Source: Protoeuglena noctilucae
Taxonomy: Eukaryota
Length of the DNA: 64,000 nt
Reading direction: 5' to 3'
Assembly (NCBI GenBank): GCA_958009085.1
Contig: OY253678.1
Coordinates: 310,001 to 374,000 of the forward strand
The notes beneath the pieces were generated by a model. It searched no databases, was not told the origin of the DNA, and was given only the letters and a program-made list of their open reading frames with translations. Shown piece by piece: positions 1 through 13,257 of the stretch (its first letter is position 1; each line of letters begins with the position of its first letter). Position numbers and translations under genes: made by a program.

Positions 1-3000
1 CGCGCGCCACATCGCCCATCGTCCCCCGAGCCTCCTCGACAAACGCCCTGCGGGCGGGGAGCGAGCAAGGAGGGGTCATAAGGGTGGTCCGCGTCGCGAG
101 CGGCACGTTGTCGCGAACAGCTCCCAGTTTCGACAGAATTGTCCAGGACACAGCGGGACGCACCTCAGGCGCTGCCCCTCGGCCTCCAGCTGAGCCAGTC
201 GATCCTGGAGGCCCCGCAAGCTCTCGCCGCCGCGCCGACTTCGACCCCGGCTCGCGGACGCCTGGGCCCCGGGCGCGCTGGGAGTGGGCGGCTCCGACAC
301 GTCACCGTCGCCACTCTCGGGGGACCACCCCGCGCCCTCACGCTCCGCGCGCTCCCGCGCCGCGCGCTCGCGCCTCAGCAGCTCTTCGTAGTGCTCTCGC
401 AAGTCGTCCATGGCCTCCTGCAGCCCCGGGGTGTCCGGGCCCACAGGAGTGGGAGCCACTGCTCCTGAAGTGGTGGCCTGGGCCGGCCCGGGTGTGGGCA
501 AGGCTCTTGCCATGGCACCCAGAGCCTCCCGGAGCTCGGAGATCTCCACCATGAGCTCCGCATTGGCGCCCTGCAGCGCCCGGCGGTCCTCCTCCAGTCT
601 CCCCACCTCGGCACGCAGCCGGGCCATCGCGTCGCTGTCGGCGGCGGGGTTGCTCGTGCTGCTTGGGGAGCCCTTGCTTGGGGACTCCGCCCCCGCCTAG
701 GGACGCGAGGCAGGTGGGAGACGGTGTTGGACGAGGAAACCGCGGCATGCGGCCTGAGCAGCGCCGTTTGATGCAGGGCCAATCGTGCAACGCGAGCAGG
801 GCAACTGGCCCCGGCATGCACCCTCACCTCCGTCGCCCGCCTTCGCAGCTCCACCACCTCGGCCTCCAGTTCTCGCACGCGCGCCTCCAGCTTGGCCGTG
901 CGCTCGCCCCGGTCCGCTTGCACGGCGCCCTGCCGCATGCCCGCGAACCGCGCGTCTGCCAGCAGGGCCTCCAGCTCCCGCACGCGGCCCTGCTCCAGAT
1001 CGACGCGCTGCTCCAGCCCGGCGATGTCCTGCGCGGCGTCCTGCAGCCGAGCCTGCAGGAGCTGGCTGCGAGCACGGCCAGGGAGCAGGGCCAATGTTGG
1101 TCACAATTCGGTTGCGCGCCAGCAGCTTAGCGGTGGGACGATGGCGCAGGGCGTCGTCTCTGGCATTCCACAACGGACCAAGCACGAGATCTCCGCTCCA
1201 GATGCGCACCAGTGCGTCTCGGCTGCCGCCAGCTCCCGCTGCAGCTGCATGCGGCCCGCGTCTGCTTGGATGTGCACGCCCTTGGCCGCCCGGAGCTGCT
1301 CCGCCACGCGGTCCGTCTCCGCGTGGGCGGCGCGGAGGGCGCCCTCGAGTCGCTGCATCTCCCTGGCCAATGCGTCCGCCTGGCGCTCGTGGGCCTGCAG
1401 CCACGGTGGCGACGCTCGCTGTTGGTACGCATGCTGGCCGAGCCATCGGCGAGCAGTGCGAGTGACCTATGGGAGAATGATCCATGCTGCAACGCCAGCA
1501 AATCTCCGTCGTACCTCCGCCATGCCTGCCAATCTGTGCAGCGTACCATGTGCTCTACCCCCAACAGGTACCCTCACCTGCATGTCCACCAGCATCTGAC
1601 GGTTCTCCGATTGTGCCGCCAGCAACGCGCGCTTCAGTGCCTCCGCCTCCTCCTTGTGGCCCTCCACGTCGCGCTGCCGGCTGGCCACGTCCCGCTCCAG
1701 CGCACCCACCGCGGAGGAGAGGCGGCGGTTCTCAGCAGACAGGTCCTGCGCTCACGGGGCACGGCGTCGTGTCACAACACAAGGACAAGGAAGCACGGTT
1801 GCACCGCTCTGTCCCGAGATAGCCAATCGGAAATCATGGACGTGGCGATGACCAAGCGCGCGAAGAAGCCAGTACGCATTGGACGGCCAGGGCGAGCCCG
1901 AGCCTCGCCTGGTACGCGGCGACGAGGTCGCTCAGCTCGCGCTCCTTCTGCAGCACAGCCGCCTCGCACGCCACCAGGCGCCGCGACAGGCCCTCCACCT
2001 CCGTCCGGGCCGCGTCTCGGTCGTTTGCCACCTGCAAGGCACAGGCACGCAGCGGAGCATGGACACCACTTGCCAGGAGCGAGTGAAGATCCCTACCGAA
2101 TGTGCACAGCGACAGCAGCACCCACGCATGCCGCTGGCCGCAGCTTCTGCAGCGTGCCCCGCACCTCGCTGAGCTCCGTGTTGACGATCTGGACCTCCCG
2201 CTGCGTGGCCAGCAGGTCCGCAGCCAGCTGCTGCACCTCCTCCCGCAAAGCAGCGCCCTCGGCCTCGGCGCCCCGCGCCCGCATCTCGGCCCCCTCGGCG
2301 CGAGCCCCCGCCTGCGCTGCCCGCTCGTCAGCCTCCGCAGCCCGCGCGTCCGCGTGCGTCAGCCGCGCCTCCGCCTGCGAAAGCAACCCCACGCAATGCA
2401 ACATTCCCAAACAAGCCTCGACACATCCGGCATGCCTCGCCCCGTGCACCTCGCATCTCTCCTCGTCACCCTGGCCCCTCACCTGTGCCAGGCGTGCCTT
2501 GACGTCCCCAGCCTCGCGCGTGGCCGCGAGCAGCTCCTCTCCCTGCGCGCGCTCCCTCTCCGCTGCCGCATCGAGGTCCCGTGCCAGTGCGTCCCGCTCG
2601 CCGTCGATCCGCTCCGCCGCCGCCCGCGCCTCCCGGGCCTCGGCGCGCGCCGCCTCCGCCGCCGCCTGCGCCTCCTGCACCCGCGTCTCGAGCACCCGCA
2701 TGCGTACCTCGGAGGCCCGCAGCGCCGTCACGGCGTCCCGCAGCTTCGCCACCAGCTGCTCCCTGGTGGCGTCCGCCGACCCGACCAGCGCCCGCAGTCG
2801 CGCCACGTCCGCAGCCTGCGCCCGCGCCTCCTCTCGCGCCGCCTCTGCCTCCGCGCGTGCCGACTGCGCTGCGGTTGCCGCCGCCCGCGATTCCTCCTCC
2901 AGCCCCGCCGCACGCGCCCGGGTGCGCTCCAGCTCCACCCGCATCGCCCCCACCATCGACGGCTCCATGGGCGCCGAGGGCTCAGGGTCCGCGTCACCCG

Positions 3001-5962
3001 CGCTTAGCTCCGGCCGTTCGTCAGATGACGCCCCGCCCGCACCGCCGGCGGCCGCGGCCCCGGCAGCGGCAGTCGATGCGGCCTCCAGGTCGGCGATGCG
3101 CCGCTGCAGAGCCGCCGCATCCTCCGCGGCCGCCCGCGCCCTCGCCTCCGCCTCGACCTGCTCCCTCTCGGCGCGCTCCAGCCGCGACTGCAGGTCGCTC
3201 GCACGCAGCTCTGCCTCTGCCAAGCGACCCGCGTCGTTAGCGGGGCTCGGGCCCGCCACGGACGCCTCTGGCAGGGGGTCCGTGGGGGCCGGGGCGGCCC
3301 GCACTGGGCTGGCCGGCACGGACCGCGACCCACGCTCCGGGGCTTGCGAGGCCGACACGCCCGCCCTCGCCTGCGCAGAGGAGGCGTGCGCGCGGGAGAC
3401 CTCCGCCTGCAGGCGGTCGCACTCGGCGTTGAGGACCGCGACGGTGCTCTCCAGGCTCTCGCAGCGCTGCTGCGTGGCTGCCAGCCGTGCCGAGACCTCC
3501 GCCAGACGACTCTCCGCCGCCGACGTTGATGCGACGGGAGGCTGGGGCGGGGGCCCCACGGGGCCAGGCGCCGGGGCGCTGGGGCCACGCTGCTCGAGTC
3601 TCTGCTGGAGTGATCGGACCTGGGACCGGGCCTCCTCCAGCTCACTGCAGGGGCGAGGTGGAAAGGCAAAGGCTCTGGCACATGTCGACTGCGTCTGCTA
3701 GTAACACGTACATTGCCTCTGCCTTTGTCGAGCCCAGGTGGCGATTGGACGCAGGGGTGGTGGAAAACAGCCTGACCCGAGCCCGGCTGTGGTCCATCTA
3801 CCATCAAGCGTCGCGCACCTCTCGAGCTGGGTGATGCGCTCGTGGAAATGGAAGGACCTGTCCCCGTCGCCCTCTCCCTCGAGCGGCCTGGCCGCGCGGG
3901 TCTCCGCCAGCTCCCGCTCCAGCCGCTTGCGCTCCTCCTCGCTCGCACGCAGCGACGCCGCCGCCGCCAGGTGGGCGTCCCGCAGGCCCCGGAGCTCCGC
4001 GACCTCCTCCGCCGTCAGGCGGTGCGCGTGGCCCCCCTCGCCCCCGCCGCCCCGGCCCCGGGACGCCGACCGGGACCTGGCTTTCGACTTGCTCGCCACC
4101 TCTGCCTCCGCCTGCATCGACTGCGTCAGGCGCACCTGCTTCTCGTACGACTCCCTGCGCGACAGGACACGCCGATCTCTGGCGACATTGGAATGTGCCC
4201 GGACGTGTGCAGGCGGCTGCCAGGTTGCAAAGGTCGCATCCACGCTGACGGCACCAGCGCCGGCCTCAGCCACCCTCCCGCACACCCCAGGGGCAGCCGC
4301 ACGACAGGCCCCAGCCACTCACCGCAGCTCCACCATCGCCTCCTGCAGGGCGGTGATCTCCTTGCCCCGCCGGTCGTTCTCCGCCGACGCCTGCCGGAGC
4401 ATGGACTCCGCCGTGTTGCGTGCCTCAATGGCCTCCTTCATCGCCTGGTCCATCGGGCCCAGCTGCGCCTCCAAGGAGCCCACCTGCGCAGCGGGAGGAG
4501 CCGGGGCGGGACGTGAGTCCTTACGGCAGTCCAAAGTGCGCACCGGGCAACCACAGGCCACGACAGTAACAACCAAAGCACTGCTCGTGGATGTTAACGC
4601 CGCTCCCCGTGCTGGCACCTGCTCGGACAGGAAGTCAATCTGCTGATTGAGGGACAGAATCATCTTCTCGCTCGTCTCGTTGCGGTACTGCAGCGCCAGT
4701 CGGTCCAGGTCCCGCTCCTTCTCCAGCGCCCGCGACAGCCGCGCGATCTCGCGCTCCCGTGCCGCCACGCGGTCGGCCGCCTCCTGCGCCTGCTCCCGCA
4801 GCGCCGCGTTGGACGCGCGCAGGTCCCGAACCTCCTTCTCGAGGCTCTGGACGCGCCTCTGGTAACGCGGCAGGGCCTCTGCAGGGGCAACCACCGAGTA
4901 TATCAGCTGTTAGTGGGGACTAGCGCAGTTGATGACGGTGCTAAGGATGCTGGGGTCGTGATAGTAGCGACTTCGAACAAACGCTGGCTGAGCTGTTTCG
5001 GCTTCCCTCAGCCGTGCGCATGTGACACATGGCAAAACAGGAGCCGCTCTCACCGTCAGTGCTCGCGACAGGCAGCGGTCCGTCGGCAGACCCGGCCGCG
5101 TGTGAGGGTGGCGCCACCGGCCCAGACATCTCGACCTTCCCGAGCAGGGGCGTGGCGCGGGGTGTCCCCGCCTGCGTCGCGTTGACGAGGCTCTGGAGAC
5201 CCTCCACCTGCTCCTCCAGGGCCCGGACGCGAGCGGCTTGGTCCTTGCGCGTCAGCTGCAGCTGCGCGATCTCGTCCCGCAGCCGCCGCTGCGCGTGTGC
5301 ATGCAAAGGTAAGGTCAGCAGGCGCGCGTCGCGTAGAGGTACCTGCCGACCGGCTTAGACCTCCAGAAGGCAGCGGAGGCGCAGGATACGGCTGCACGCA
5401 GCGCGCCAGCTGGGGCCAAGGCCTCACAATATGCCCCGGCCCTGCGCACCTGCGCTTCGTACTCTTGTCTCTCCCTCTTTTGCAGGGTCTCGGTCATGTT
5501 GAGCATGTCCATGTGAAGCCGGTTGTTCTCCTGCAGCACGCGCTCCGCGTCGCGCTTCAGGGCGTCCGCCTTGGTCTGCCATTGCTCCGCCTCTTGCCCC
5601 TGCTTGGCCAGGCCCAGCTTGAGGGTCCGGTACGACTCGGTCGTGTGAATCAGGTCCTCCGTGAGCCGAGCAATGAGAGGCGCGGACTCAACCGTCAGCT
5701 CCCCTGTGCAGAGGGGACCCAACCGCGACGGTCGGGGGAATGCCTCCGCGTGCCACCAGCCACGGGCCTTGCATATTGTCCCCCACGGCAAAGACACCCC
5801 CCCCCCCCCCCCCCCGCTGGCGACCGGGATACCCAATCCGAGGAACGCCCGACCGCGCCGCGCGCGCGAGCGCATCGCCGCCGGTCCTCCCTCACCCGTG
5901 TAGTTCAGGGCCTGGAGCTTCTGCCGGAGCAAGGCCAGCGCCTTGTCGTCCATCGCTACCAT
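1..5962 (-). CDS. BLD10: Basal body cartwheel protein BLD10/CEP135, multi-exon, 3' end runs off the left edge
   Basis: Spliced N-terminus MVAMDDKALALLRQKLQALNYTG-ELTVESAPLIARLTEDLIHTTESYRTLK...ENNRLH matches the conserved Bld10/CEP135 N-terminus (L..LGY...L...S..LV..L..DL.HTT.S); long coiled-coil exons follow; last visible exon 47-1 (AFVEEARGTMGDVAR) has no stop. Confidence 0.9.
5796..5815. repeat. Poly-C homopolymer (~20 nt) in BLD10 intron 1
   Basis: Run of C directly visible. Confidence 0.9.
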
Positions 5963-6516
5963 GGCGACTCCCCAACGTCTCAAAGTGCGCCGGGGAGGCG
6001 CTGCGGCACGTCTCGGTCAGCAGAGGGGCCGGACGGCGGGTCCCATGACACGGCGGGAACCCCGGCGAGCTGGCCCATCCGCAAGCGCTCCTCCCGCCTC
6101 TCCTCGCCGCCCTCCTCCCACTCGCTGCGATGTGGAGGACAGCCAATGGCGACGCTGGGCGACTCCGGCGGCCGAGCGCGGGGGCGAGAGCGCCGCGAGC
6201 GATTCAAACTGTGCCGAGGCACGCCCCGAGGTCAGCACGGCTGCAGCCTCAGCGCGCCGGGAGTGCGTGGCGTAGATGACCTCCCCGCCGCGCGCGCTGG
6301 CTCTCACACGCACCCGGCCCGCCTGAGTCACGAGATGTCCCTGACACGGCCTCACCAGCGCCTCCGTCGGGCCGCGAATCCAGGATACACGGCCGGACCT
6401 CGTTGCCTTTCCGATCGAAAGGTTCACCGCCGCCGCTCCTTCCCCTGTTCTCGGGCCCACTGGCGTTGGGGGCGTTGCAGGGCAGCGGGGGGCCGTTTCC
6501 CTGCGTCGGCGTCCCG

Positions 6517-9052
6517 ATGACGACGTCCTCGGAGCCCGTGCCATGTACGGGCCCGCCCTCGTGTCGCGTGCGATCCAGCGTCTACTCCGCGGTCCTGAAG
6601 GGAGAGGTGCGCAGGCGTTTCGACGTATCACGCGGGAATCGCTCGCTTTTTATTGCACGCATAACGTTGGAATGCCTGGCCTCGCTATCCATCAGCTGTG
6701 GAGCGAGGCACGTGGTTTGGGTGGGGACCTGGGCGGCTGGTCGGCGCCTCCCGATCCCCCTGCCCAGGTTCATTGGGGGCTATCCGTGCCCTTTCCTTTG
6801 TGGATCCTCGTGCGAGGCAGCTGCCCCCCCTGCGGCAGCCCCTCGCGGAACAACCGCCTCGTCCAGCCCCGGACCGATTGGTATGCGCAGTCTACCACAC
6901 GTCGACTTCGTGCGAGTTTCCTGGCCGCGTTTCTGCATTGCAGACGTCGCTATCATGCTGCCCACACGCCCTGCATGCGCTGCCGGCCGCTCCATGCGTA
7001 CTTTTTTGTCACGCATGACTGCGCGCTCTCATCCCCCTACCCCGCCAACTCCTGAGCCCTTCGGTCCTTTCGGTTGGTGTTTCCTGTGGCTCGAATCTGG
7101 CTCCATTCTCCCAGCACTCCCCCCCTCCGCGCAGGACTTCCACTGCATCGCACGGGACCAGCCCCTTCCGCCCTCGGAGCATACGTTCGGGTACCGGGAG
7201 GGAAGCTATCCGGAGAAGTACGATCTTTTCGTGGTGTGCGACGGACACAATGGGACGGAGGCAGGTGAGGCGGCGCAGGGATGAGGGGCGCGTCGACCGC
7301 AAACGCCCTGCGCAAGGGTTGCCTGTCCGCGACGCCCCGTCGCCCGCTGGCGAGCCTCTCGCGACCCTTGTCTTCCTGCAGCAACGTTCTTCACCGAGCA
7401 CATCGTGGAGGCTCTCGCGGCGCGCGTCCCGGCCGGCGTGCCCCCTCCGCTGGGCACCCGCGACGCCTCCCAGTGGATGGCGGCGTTCCGAGGAGCCGTG
7501 GCGGACGTCGTGCTGCATCTCGAGGAGCAGTTCGCTCGCGTGGCGCTGTCCAGCGGGTGCACGGTGTCGGTGGCCATCATCGTCGGCCGCTGGCTCATGG
7601 TGGCCAACGTGGGCGACTCGTCCATCGTCCTGGACACGGGGGAGACGATTGAGCAGCTCAATATCGACCATCGCATCGAGGACAACGTTCGTGAGCAGGA
7701 ACGAATCATCCAGGTGCCCCTTGTTGCCATCGGTGAGCAGCAAGTGCACGTTCGGACGCCGCCCTGCGCCCACCATCGCCTGGGGCTCCCTTCTCGCAGG
7801 CAGGGGGACTCCTGTCGCGCCTGGACGTGACAGGAATGGGCCCTTGCTTTGACGAGGAAGGCTTCGGGCCGCTGCGCGTGTGGCCGGGAGGCCTGGCGCT
7901 CTCCCGGGCCTTTGGGGACTTCGACGTCGGGGAATTCATCATGTCCTCTCCGTACATTCAGCAGACGATGCTGCCGGAGGCCGGTGAGCGGTGGCTCCCC
8001 TGGCGGGCGATGCGGGGCAGCGGGCCCTGCTTGGTTGAGGCGCTGAGGAGGACTCTCCCGCCTCTCCGCAGGGGCTCGTCTCGTGTTGGCATCCGATGGG
8101 GTGTGGGACAGCTTCAAGTCCATCAAGGACGCATGTACGGGGCTGCGGCGCCACCCCGTGGAGAAGGCGGCCATGAAGAGCGTGATGAATGCCATCCGGC
8201 GGCGGGGCCTCATGGACGACACCACGGCGCTCGTCGTCGACATCCTCCCCACGTGAGACGTTGTCCAGGCATCGTTGCCATGTAGCGGACCCGCGGCAGG
8301 TCGGGGGGGCTGTGGAAGACCACGGTGTGCCCGCTCTGCCTCGCAGAGACGCGACGTACACGTTCCCGGAGCTGTGCGGGTACGCCCCCCTGCGGTGGAT
8401 GTGTTTCAAGCGAAGGGAGGCGCCGGACGAGGGTTCGAATGCGGGGTCCACCCGCGGGGCGCCCGTCACGCTCCGCAGCGTCGACACGGGCATACGCCCC
8501 GTGGAGGGCGAGCCGGGGAGCATGCACTCGAGCGGGCACAAGCGCAGCGAGGTGCTGCGGGCGCTCTACGCGCACGCCGTCAACCTGCGAGACCCGGCCA
8601 CCACGGCGCCGCCCAAGGCGGGGCCCAGGGGCGACGTGAGCGTGTACGCGGGCGGGGCGTACAAGCAGGCCGTGTCGCAGGGCGACGCCAAGAAGCTCGT
8701 CAAGTACGAGATCAAGGGGAGCATCGACGTGAGCGTGCACGCGGGGACCAAGCTGAACGAGGACGGCACGGACGACCGGACCCAGCGCCTGCGGGAGGTG
8801 CAGGAGGCGCTCAAGCGGGTCAAGACCAAGGGAGAGCGACTGCGCAAGCAGCTGGGGATGCACCGGACGTCCATGGAGGTACAGATCCCGCCGCCGCAGC
8901 AGATCGTGCAGTCCAACCACGGGCGCTTCAACCACAACCTCTTCAATGGGGCCGTGCCCATGGTCGCGACGCCGGGGGGTGGCGAGAACGGAGCCCCGCA
9001 GGCGGTCCCCGCGCCGGCGAGCATCGTTGCCCGCATATTAGGGACGGCGTGA
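6517..9052 (+). CDS. Protein phosphatase 2C (PPM family) with C-terminal extension, multi-exon
   Basis: KGE|DF across intron 6607-7134; VCDGHNG, VANVGDS, DHR, GPLRVWPGGLALSRAFGD, LASDGVWD and DDTT motifs. Confidence 0.92.
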
Positions 9053-9374
9053 CCAGCCTGACCCGCCCGGCTCAGCTGGCGCGCGGCAAGCGCGACTCGC
9101 CCGCAGTCGTCACTGGGCGTCCCATTTGGGTTGCATTCTAACTTAGCCTTTGCCGTAGTGCCTAGGCCCCGTATTCGGTGCCCCCCTCGTGTTCCCTGGC
9201 GACTGTGCCCTTTGCCAGGCCTCAGCACGTGCTGAAAATGGTGCTTGCTCAGCACATGTTGACTCTGTGACCGACAGCTGGCCCAAAACATTCAACTCGG
9301 GGCCGGGTTGAAGCAAAGTGGATACTGTCTGGCACAAGGGTAGTACGGGCCGCTGTCTGCCGTACAACACAGAC

Positions 9375-10381
9375 TCAGCCCAGGTTGTTGGCGTTGACCT
9401 GCCCGACGCGAAGGGGCCCCTCGAGGTATGCCTTGATCTCGGGGATCTGCAGAGGGGTAAGGTCGCAGCACGTTACGTCCCGCAGTCCCCCAGCGTGTGT
9501 TCTGGTATCCTCCAGGCACGCTTCAGGTAACAGGTACCTGCGGGGCCCGTGGTGGGGGCCTCGCCGGTCTCACCTGCGAGATGCGGTCCGTGTGGGCAGC
9601 GAGGACGGGGTACTCGGTTCTGAGGCTCGGGAAGATGCGCGTGAAGATGTCGAAAAGCTCGAAGATCTCCAAGTCTGCGACGGTGAGCTGGGAGCCCACG
9701 CAGAAGCCCTTGCCGCCCCCGTTGCGCTCGAGGAGGCGCTCCAGGTAGAACCAGTGGGCACCCCTGGGCTTCGTGCCTTCCTTGCGTGCCTCAGACGCCC
9801 TGTCGAGGTTGAGGTCCCAGAAGGCCTTCTTCGACTCGTCGGAGAGTTTGTCGACGTAGATGAGCTTGAAGTGCAGCCCTCGCATCGTCTCGCAGCCCTC
9901 CAGCCACTCGTCGACCTGGGCGGCCTGGGCCAGCGACCCGTCCCCATAGAGGCCCCAGCGCCGGGCGATGTGGCGCAGGATCGCGTTCTTCTGGACCATG
10001 TCCACCTGGTCGTCCACGAACCTGGGGAACTGGGCGAACGGGTACCTGACCCTGTCCGACTTGGCGTCGTCGGCTGTCACCCCGACCTGCTGCCACGCCA
10101 GGCCCTTCGCAGCCAGGGCCAGCTTGATGGTCTCCGCGCGACCCCGGAACGCGGTGGGGTAGTAGATCGTAGGCGTCGCGGACACTGCGAGGGAATGGCA
10201 TGGAATGGATGGCCTCGCCAGGAGCTTGCAATGAGGGCCCGGAAGGCACACACGCAGGGGTGGGATGGCGCTCACTCTGCACCGCCATCCGCCGGGTGCA
10301 AGGGGCGACCGCCACCAGGCGCTTCTTGGGAAGTGCTACGCCCTGGAAAGCGCTCTTGGCCAGCGTCGCCGTGGCCCGCAT
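9375..10381 (-). CDS. Glutathione S-transferase (Tyr-type, sigma/pi-like) with probable plastid transit peptide, 3 exons
   Basis: YYPTAFRGRAETIKLAL, PFAQFP, QKNAILRHIARRWGLYG, GSQLTVADL; last exon IPEIKAYL...NNLG*; Ala/Arg/Ser-rich N-terminus MRATATLAKSAFQG. Confidence 0.9.
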
Positions 10382-11231
10382 CGGTGACAAGCTGATGCTG
10401 AGCACTTCGCCAACGGATGGGCCGATGGTGCTCGGAGCCGGCCAAATGCTTGACGTATTTCAGCGACGCGATGGGTGGGACGGCCCCTCGTCCTCGCTGG
10501 CCGGACAGCACTTGTCAGAACCGTGGTGCGCACCAACCGAAGCGATGCCGCCCATCGTTACCGAGGCTAGACGTAGCCTGCACCCATACTCGCCTAGGTA
10601 CGCATCGCTGGGAAGCGCAGCGGGGAGGCACAGGCACAGGTGGGTCGGATTTCGCAGCGACACGAACGGGGCCATCCCTGCGTGGGGGTGATCGGCGCAA
10701 CGGTCGCGCTTGACGTTTTTGCCGCTCTGATCGCCGGTGGGCACACCTTTGCCCCTCCCCGGACGCCGGCGCGACCGCGGGGAATCGCGCCTCCCGGCCG
10801 AAGTGTTTTGCGCGGCCGGGCCGCGGATGCGGACATCCGGGGCGTCGCACATGCGCTTACGGGCTCCGTGCGTCTCATCGCGGACCCCGGCCGCGGCCAT
10901 CGGCGCCCTGGTGGCCGGCTGACCGCCGACGGGGTGCAGGTCGAGTTTGATCCCCGCGGAGGGACGCGAGGTCCTCTTCCTGCGCCGCTCCTTCCGCTCG
11001 CTGGGTTTCCTCTCCTTCGTTTCAGCCGAATCTCGCCTCTCGGGCCGTTGTCCTCGAACCCCCGGGGGCGTTGGATGCTGCCGCGGCTTGGCCTCCGCAC
11101 GAACCGCGGACAGCGCCCGCGATTGATGCGATACTTGCGTCCAGGGGGGCCTGGCTGGCTCGGGGCGGGGGGGAGAAGCGCGGGCGCTGAGGGGGACCAC
11201 AATCTGCCGGCGCCTCCTCCTCCTCGGCAGG

Positions 11232-11894
11232 ATGTTCGCGGTTAGCTCTTCGGTGGCTCCCAGGGCCTCGGTCCGCTGCCAGGCCACGCCCGTGCGGGCC
11301 AGCGCCGGCGCCTTCGTCTCGGCGGCGGCCGCTGCGATCCTGCTGGCGACCCCTGCGCATGCTGGCGTGGTGCTGGCGGAGAACCCCGGCGTGAAGAAGT
11401 TCGGCGACGCCCCGGCGGCGAAGACCGAGGAGCCGAAGAAGGCGGAGAAGAAGCAGGACGGCGGGGAGGTCGGGGAGGGCATCGACGTGCGCCTCGTGGC
11501 GTTCCCCCTGGTGACCCTGCGCATGTGGCCCCTTGCCAGGCCCCGTGCGTGTCCGCCCTGCCGCTCCGTCGAGCCATTGCCGTGGCCGTCGCTGTGCCCG
11601 CAGTCCCTGATCGGGGCGGCCTCGGTCCTCCTCATCCCGGGGGTGTCCAACACGGTGGCGGAGAACGGTGGGAGGCTCACGGGGGGCGGTGCCAAGCTGC
11701 ATGCCCGCGTCGCCTTGGTGACACGACCAGCGATACCCTCCCTCCTCCTTCCACTCGCAGCGATCAAGGACTCGGCGGTGCTCGGCGCGGGCTTCGAGGT
11801 GGCGATCAAGGAGGGGCAGGTGGCCAGCGGTGGCGCCCGCAAGGGGAACGGGACCATGAAGGTCAAGGGGGGGGCCAAGAAGGGCCTGTTCTGA
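11232..11894 (+). CDS. Small thylakoid membrane protein of unknown function (bipartite targeting signal, one TM helix), 3 exons
   Basis: Transit peptide ending VRCQA, hydrophobic lumen signal ending AHA, TM segment LVAFPL|SLIGAASVLLIP; introns 11511-11603 and 11668-11760. Confidence 0.7.
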   Translation: MFAVSSSVAPRASVRCQATPVRASAGAFVSAAAAAILLATPAHAGVVLAENPGVKKFGDAPAAKTEEPKKAEKKQDGGEVGEGIDVRLVAFPLVTLRMWPLARPRACPPCRSVEPLPWPSLCPQSLIGAASVLLIPGVSNTVAENGGRLTGGGAKLHARVALVTRPAIPSLLLPLAAIKDSAVLGAGFEVAIKEGQVASGGARKGNGTMKVKGGAKKGLF

Positions 11895-12071
11895 GCAGCC
11901 CTTGGCTTGGCTTGGCCTGACCCCTTTCACTCGCCCGGCGCCTGTGAATCCTCGGATTTTTCTACGCACGCGAAACTACCCAACTATGTGCCGATCGGCA
12001 CTAGACATCCACTTTAGGCCGAATCCGCTCAGGGTCCCCCCACGCGGGCCCTCGCACGCGGCCCTTCGCCC

Positions 12072-13257
12072 TCAGTCGTCGCCGTCGTCGTCCTCCTCAC
12101 CCTCGCCCCCGTACTTGGCGCGCTTGGAGGCCGGCCCCTCATCCTCATCCTCGTCCGCGTCATCCTCAATATCCTGCGCAAAGCGGCGGGGCGCCAGTGA
12201 CCGGACAGGACCTTGCATGGCGGCCACATGCACAAGCCCCACAGCAATGGGCACCCGCAAAGGCGGCCAGCCACTCCCCCACCGATGCACCGCGCCCTCA
12301 CCTCGGATCCCTCGTCGCCCTCCTCCTGGTACTCCTCCTCGTCGTCCTCCACGGGCTGATTGCTGTACTGTACCCACCCAAGGCAACGCAAAGAGTGACG
12401 TGAACGCCAGGCCTAGTCACTGTCCTACACATCCCCGCGCGCGCGACAGGCACCGACCAGCTGGGCTATGGGCTGCAAGCCAGCGTCACATGTAATCTCC
12501 ATCACGGGGGGTGCTCACCAGCGCCTCAAGCCCAGGCTCATCCTCGTCGTCCCCACCCTCGCCCTCCCCGCCCTCGTCGTCGTCGTCCTCATCGTCATCC
12601 TCGTCATTGACGACCTCCTGGCCGTCCTGGTCCTTGTGATCGACCACCTCGAGGTGCGGGAGGACCTTCCACACCTCCCCGTAGCCGTCGGTCTCCGCCA
12701 GCGGGTTGCCCTCCTGGGAGTGGACGATGAGTTGGGCATGGAGAAGCAGAGACGCGGGCAACCGCTTGGTGGCCGACGCAGCCAGTCTCGTGTGAGCGGA
12801 GGCGCACGCAGGGCTCACCAGGGACAGGACACGCAGGGACTTGCACGCCTTGAGCCCTCGGATGGCGTCCATAGATGCGACGCGGTTGTTCTCCACAATC
12901 AGCTCCACGAGCTGCGGGCAGCCGAGTCCACGGCACCACTTCGAAGGCGGCCCGCCACGCCCTCGGCCCGCCAAGCACCGCCGCGCAGCGCACCTTGGGG
13001 CACCCGGCCAGGTCCTCGAAGCCGTCCACGATCTTGTTGTCCGACACGTCCAGCCGCGTCAGCGACGGAAGCGCAGGGAACCCGCGGAGGGACTTGAGGT
13101 CCCCGACGCAGATCTCCAGCGACTCGAGGGCATCCATCCCCGCCAACAGGCCCAGGTCGATGGCCTTGCACTCCTGCAGCATCACCTGCACCACCTCCTC
13201 CCGCGCCGATCCCTCCCGCTCCAGGAAGGATTCCAGTGCTGCTTTGAAGTCCTTCAT
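12072..13257 (-). CDS. ANP32: ANP32 family acidic leucine-rich nuclear phosphoprotein
   Basis: LRRs (LKSLRGFPALPSLTRLDVSDNKI, LVELIVENNRV, LRVLSL|EGNPL), LRR cap LPHLEVVD, long D/E-rich tail with NLS-like SKRAK. Confidence 0.88.
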
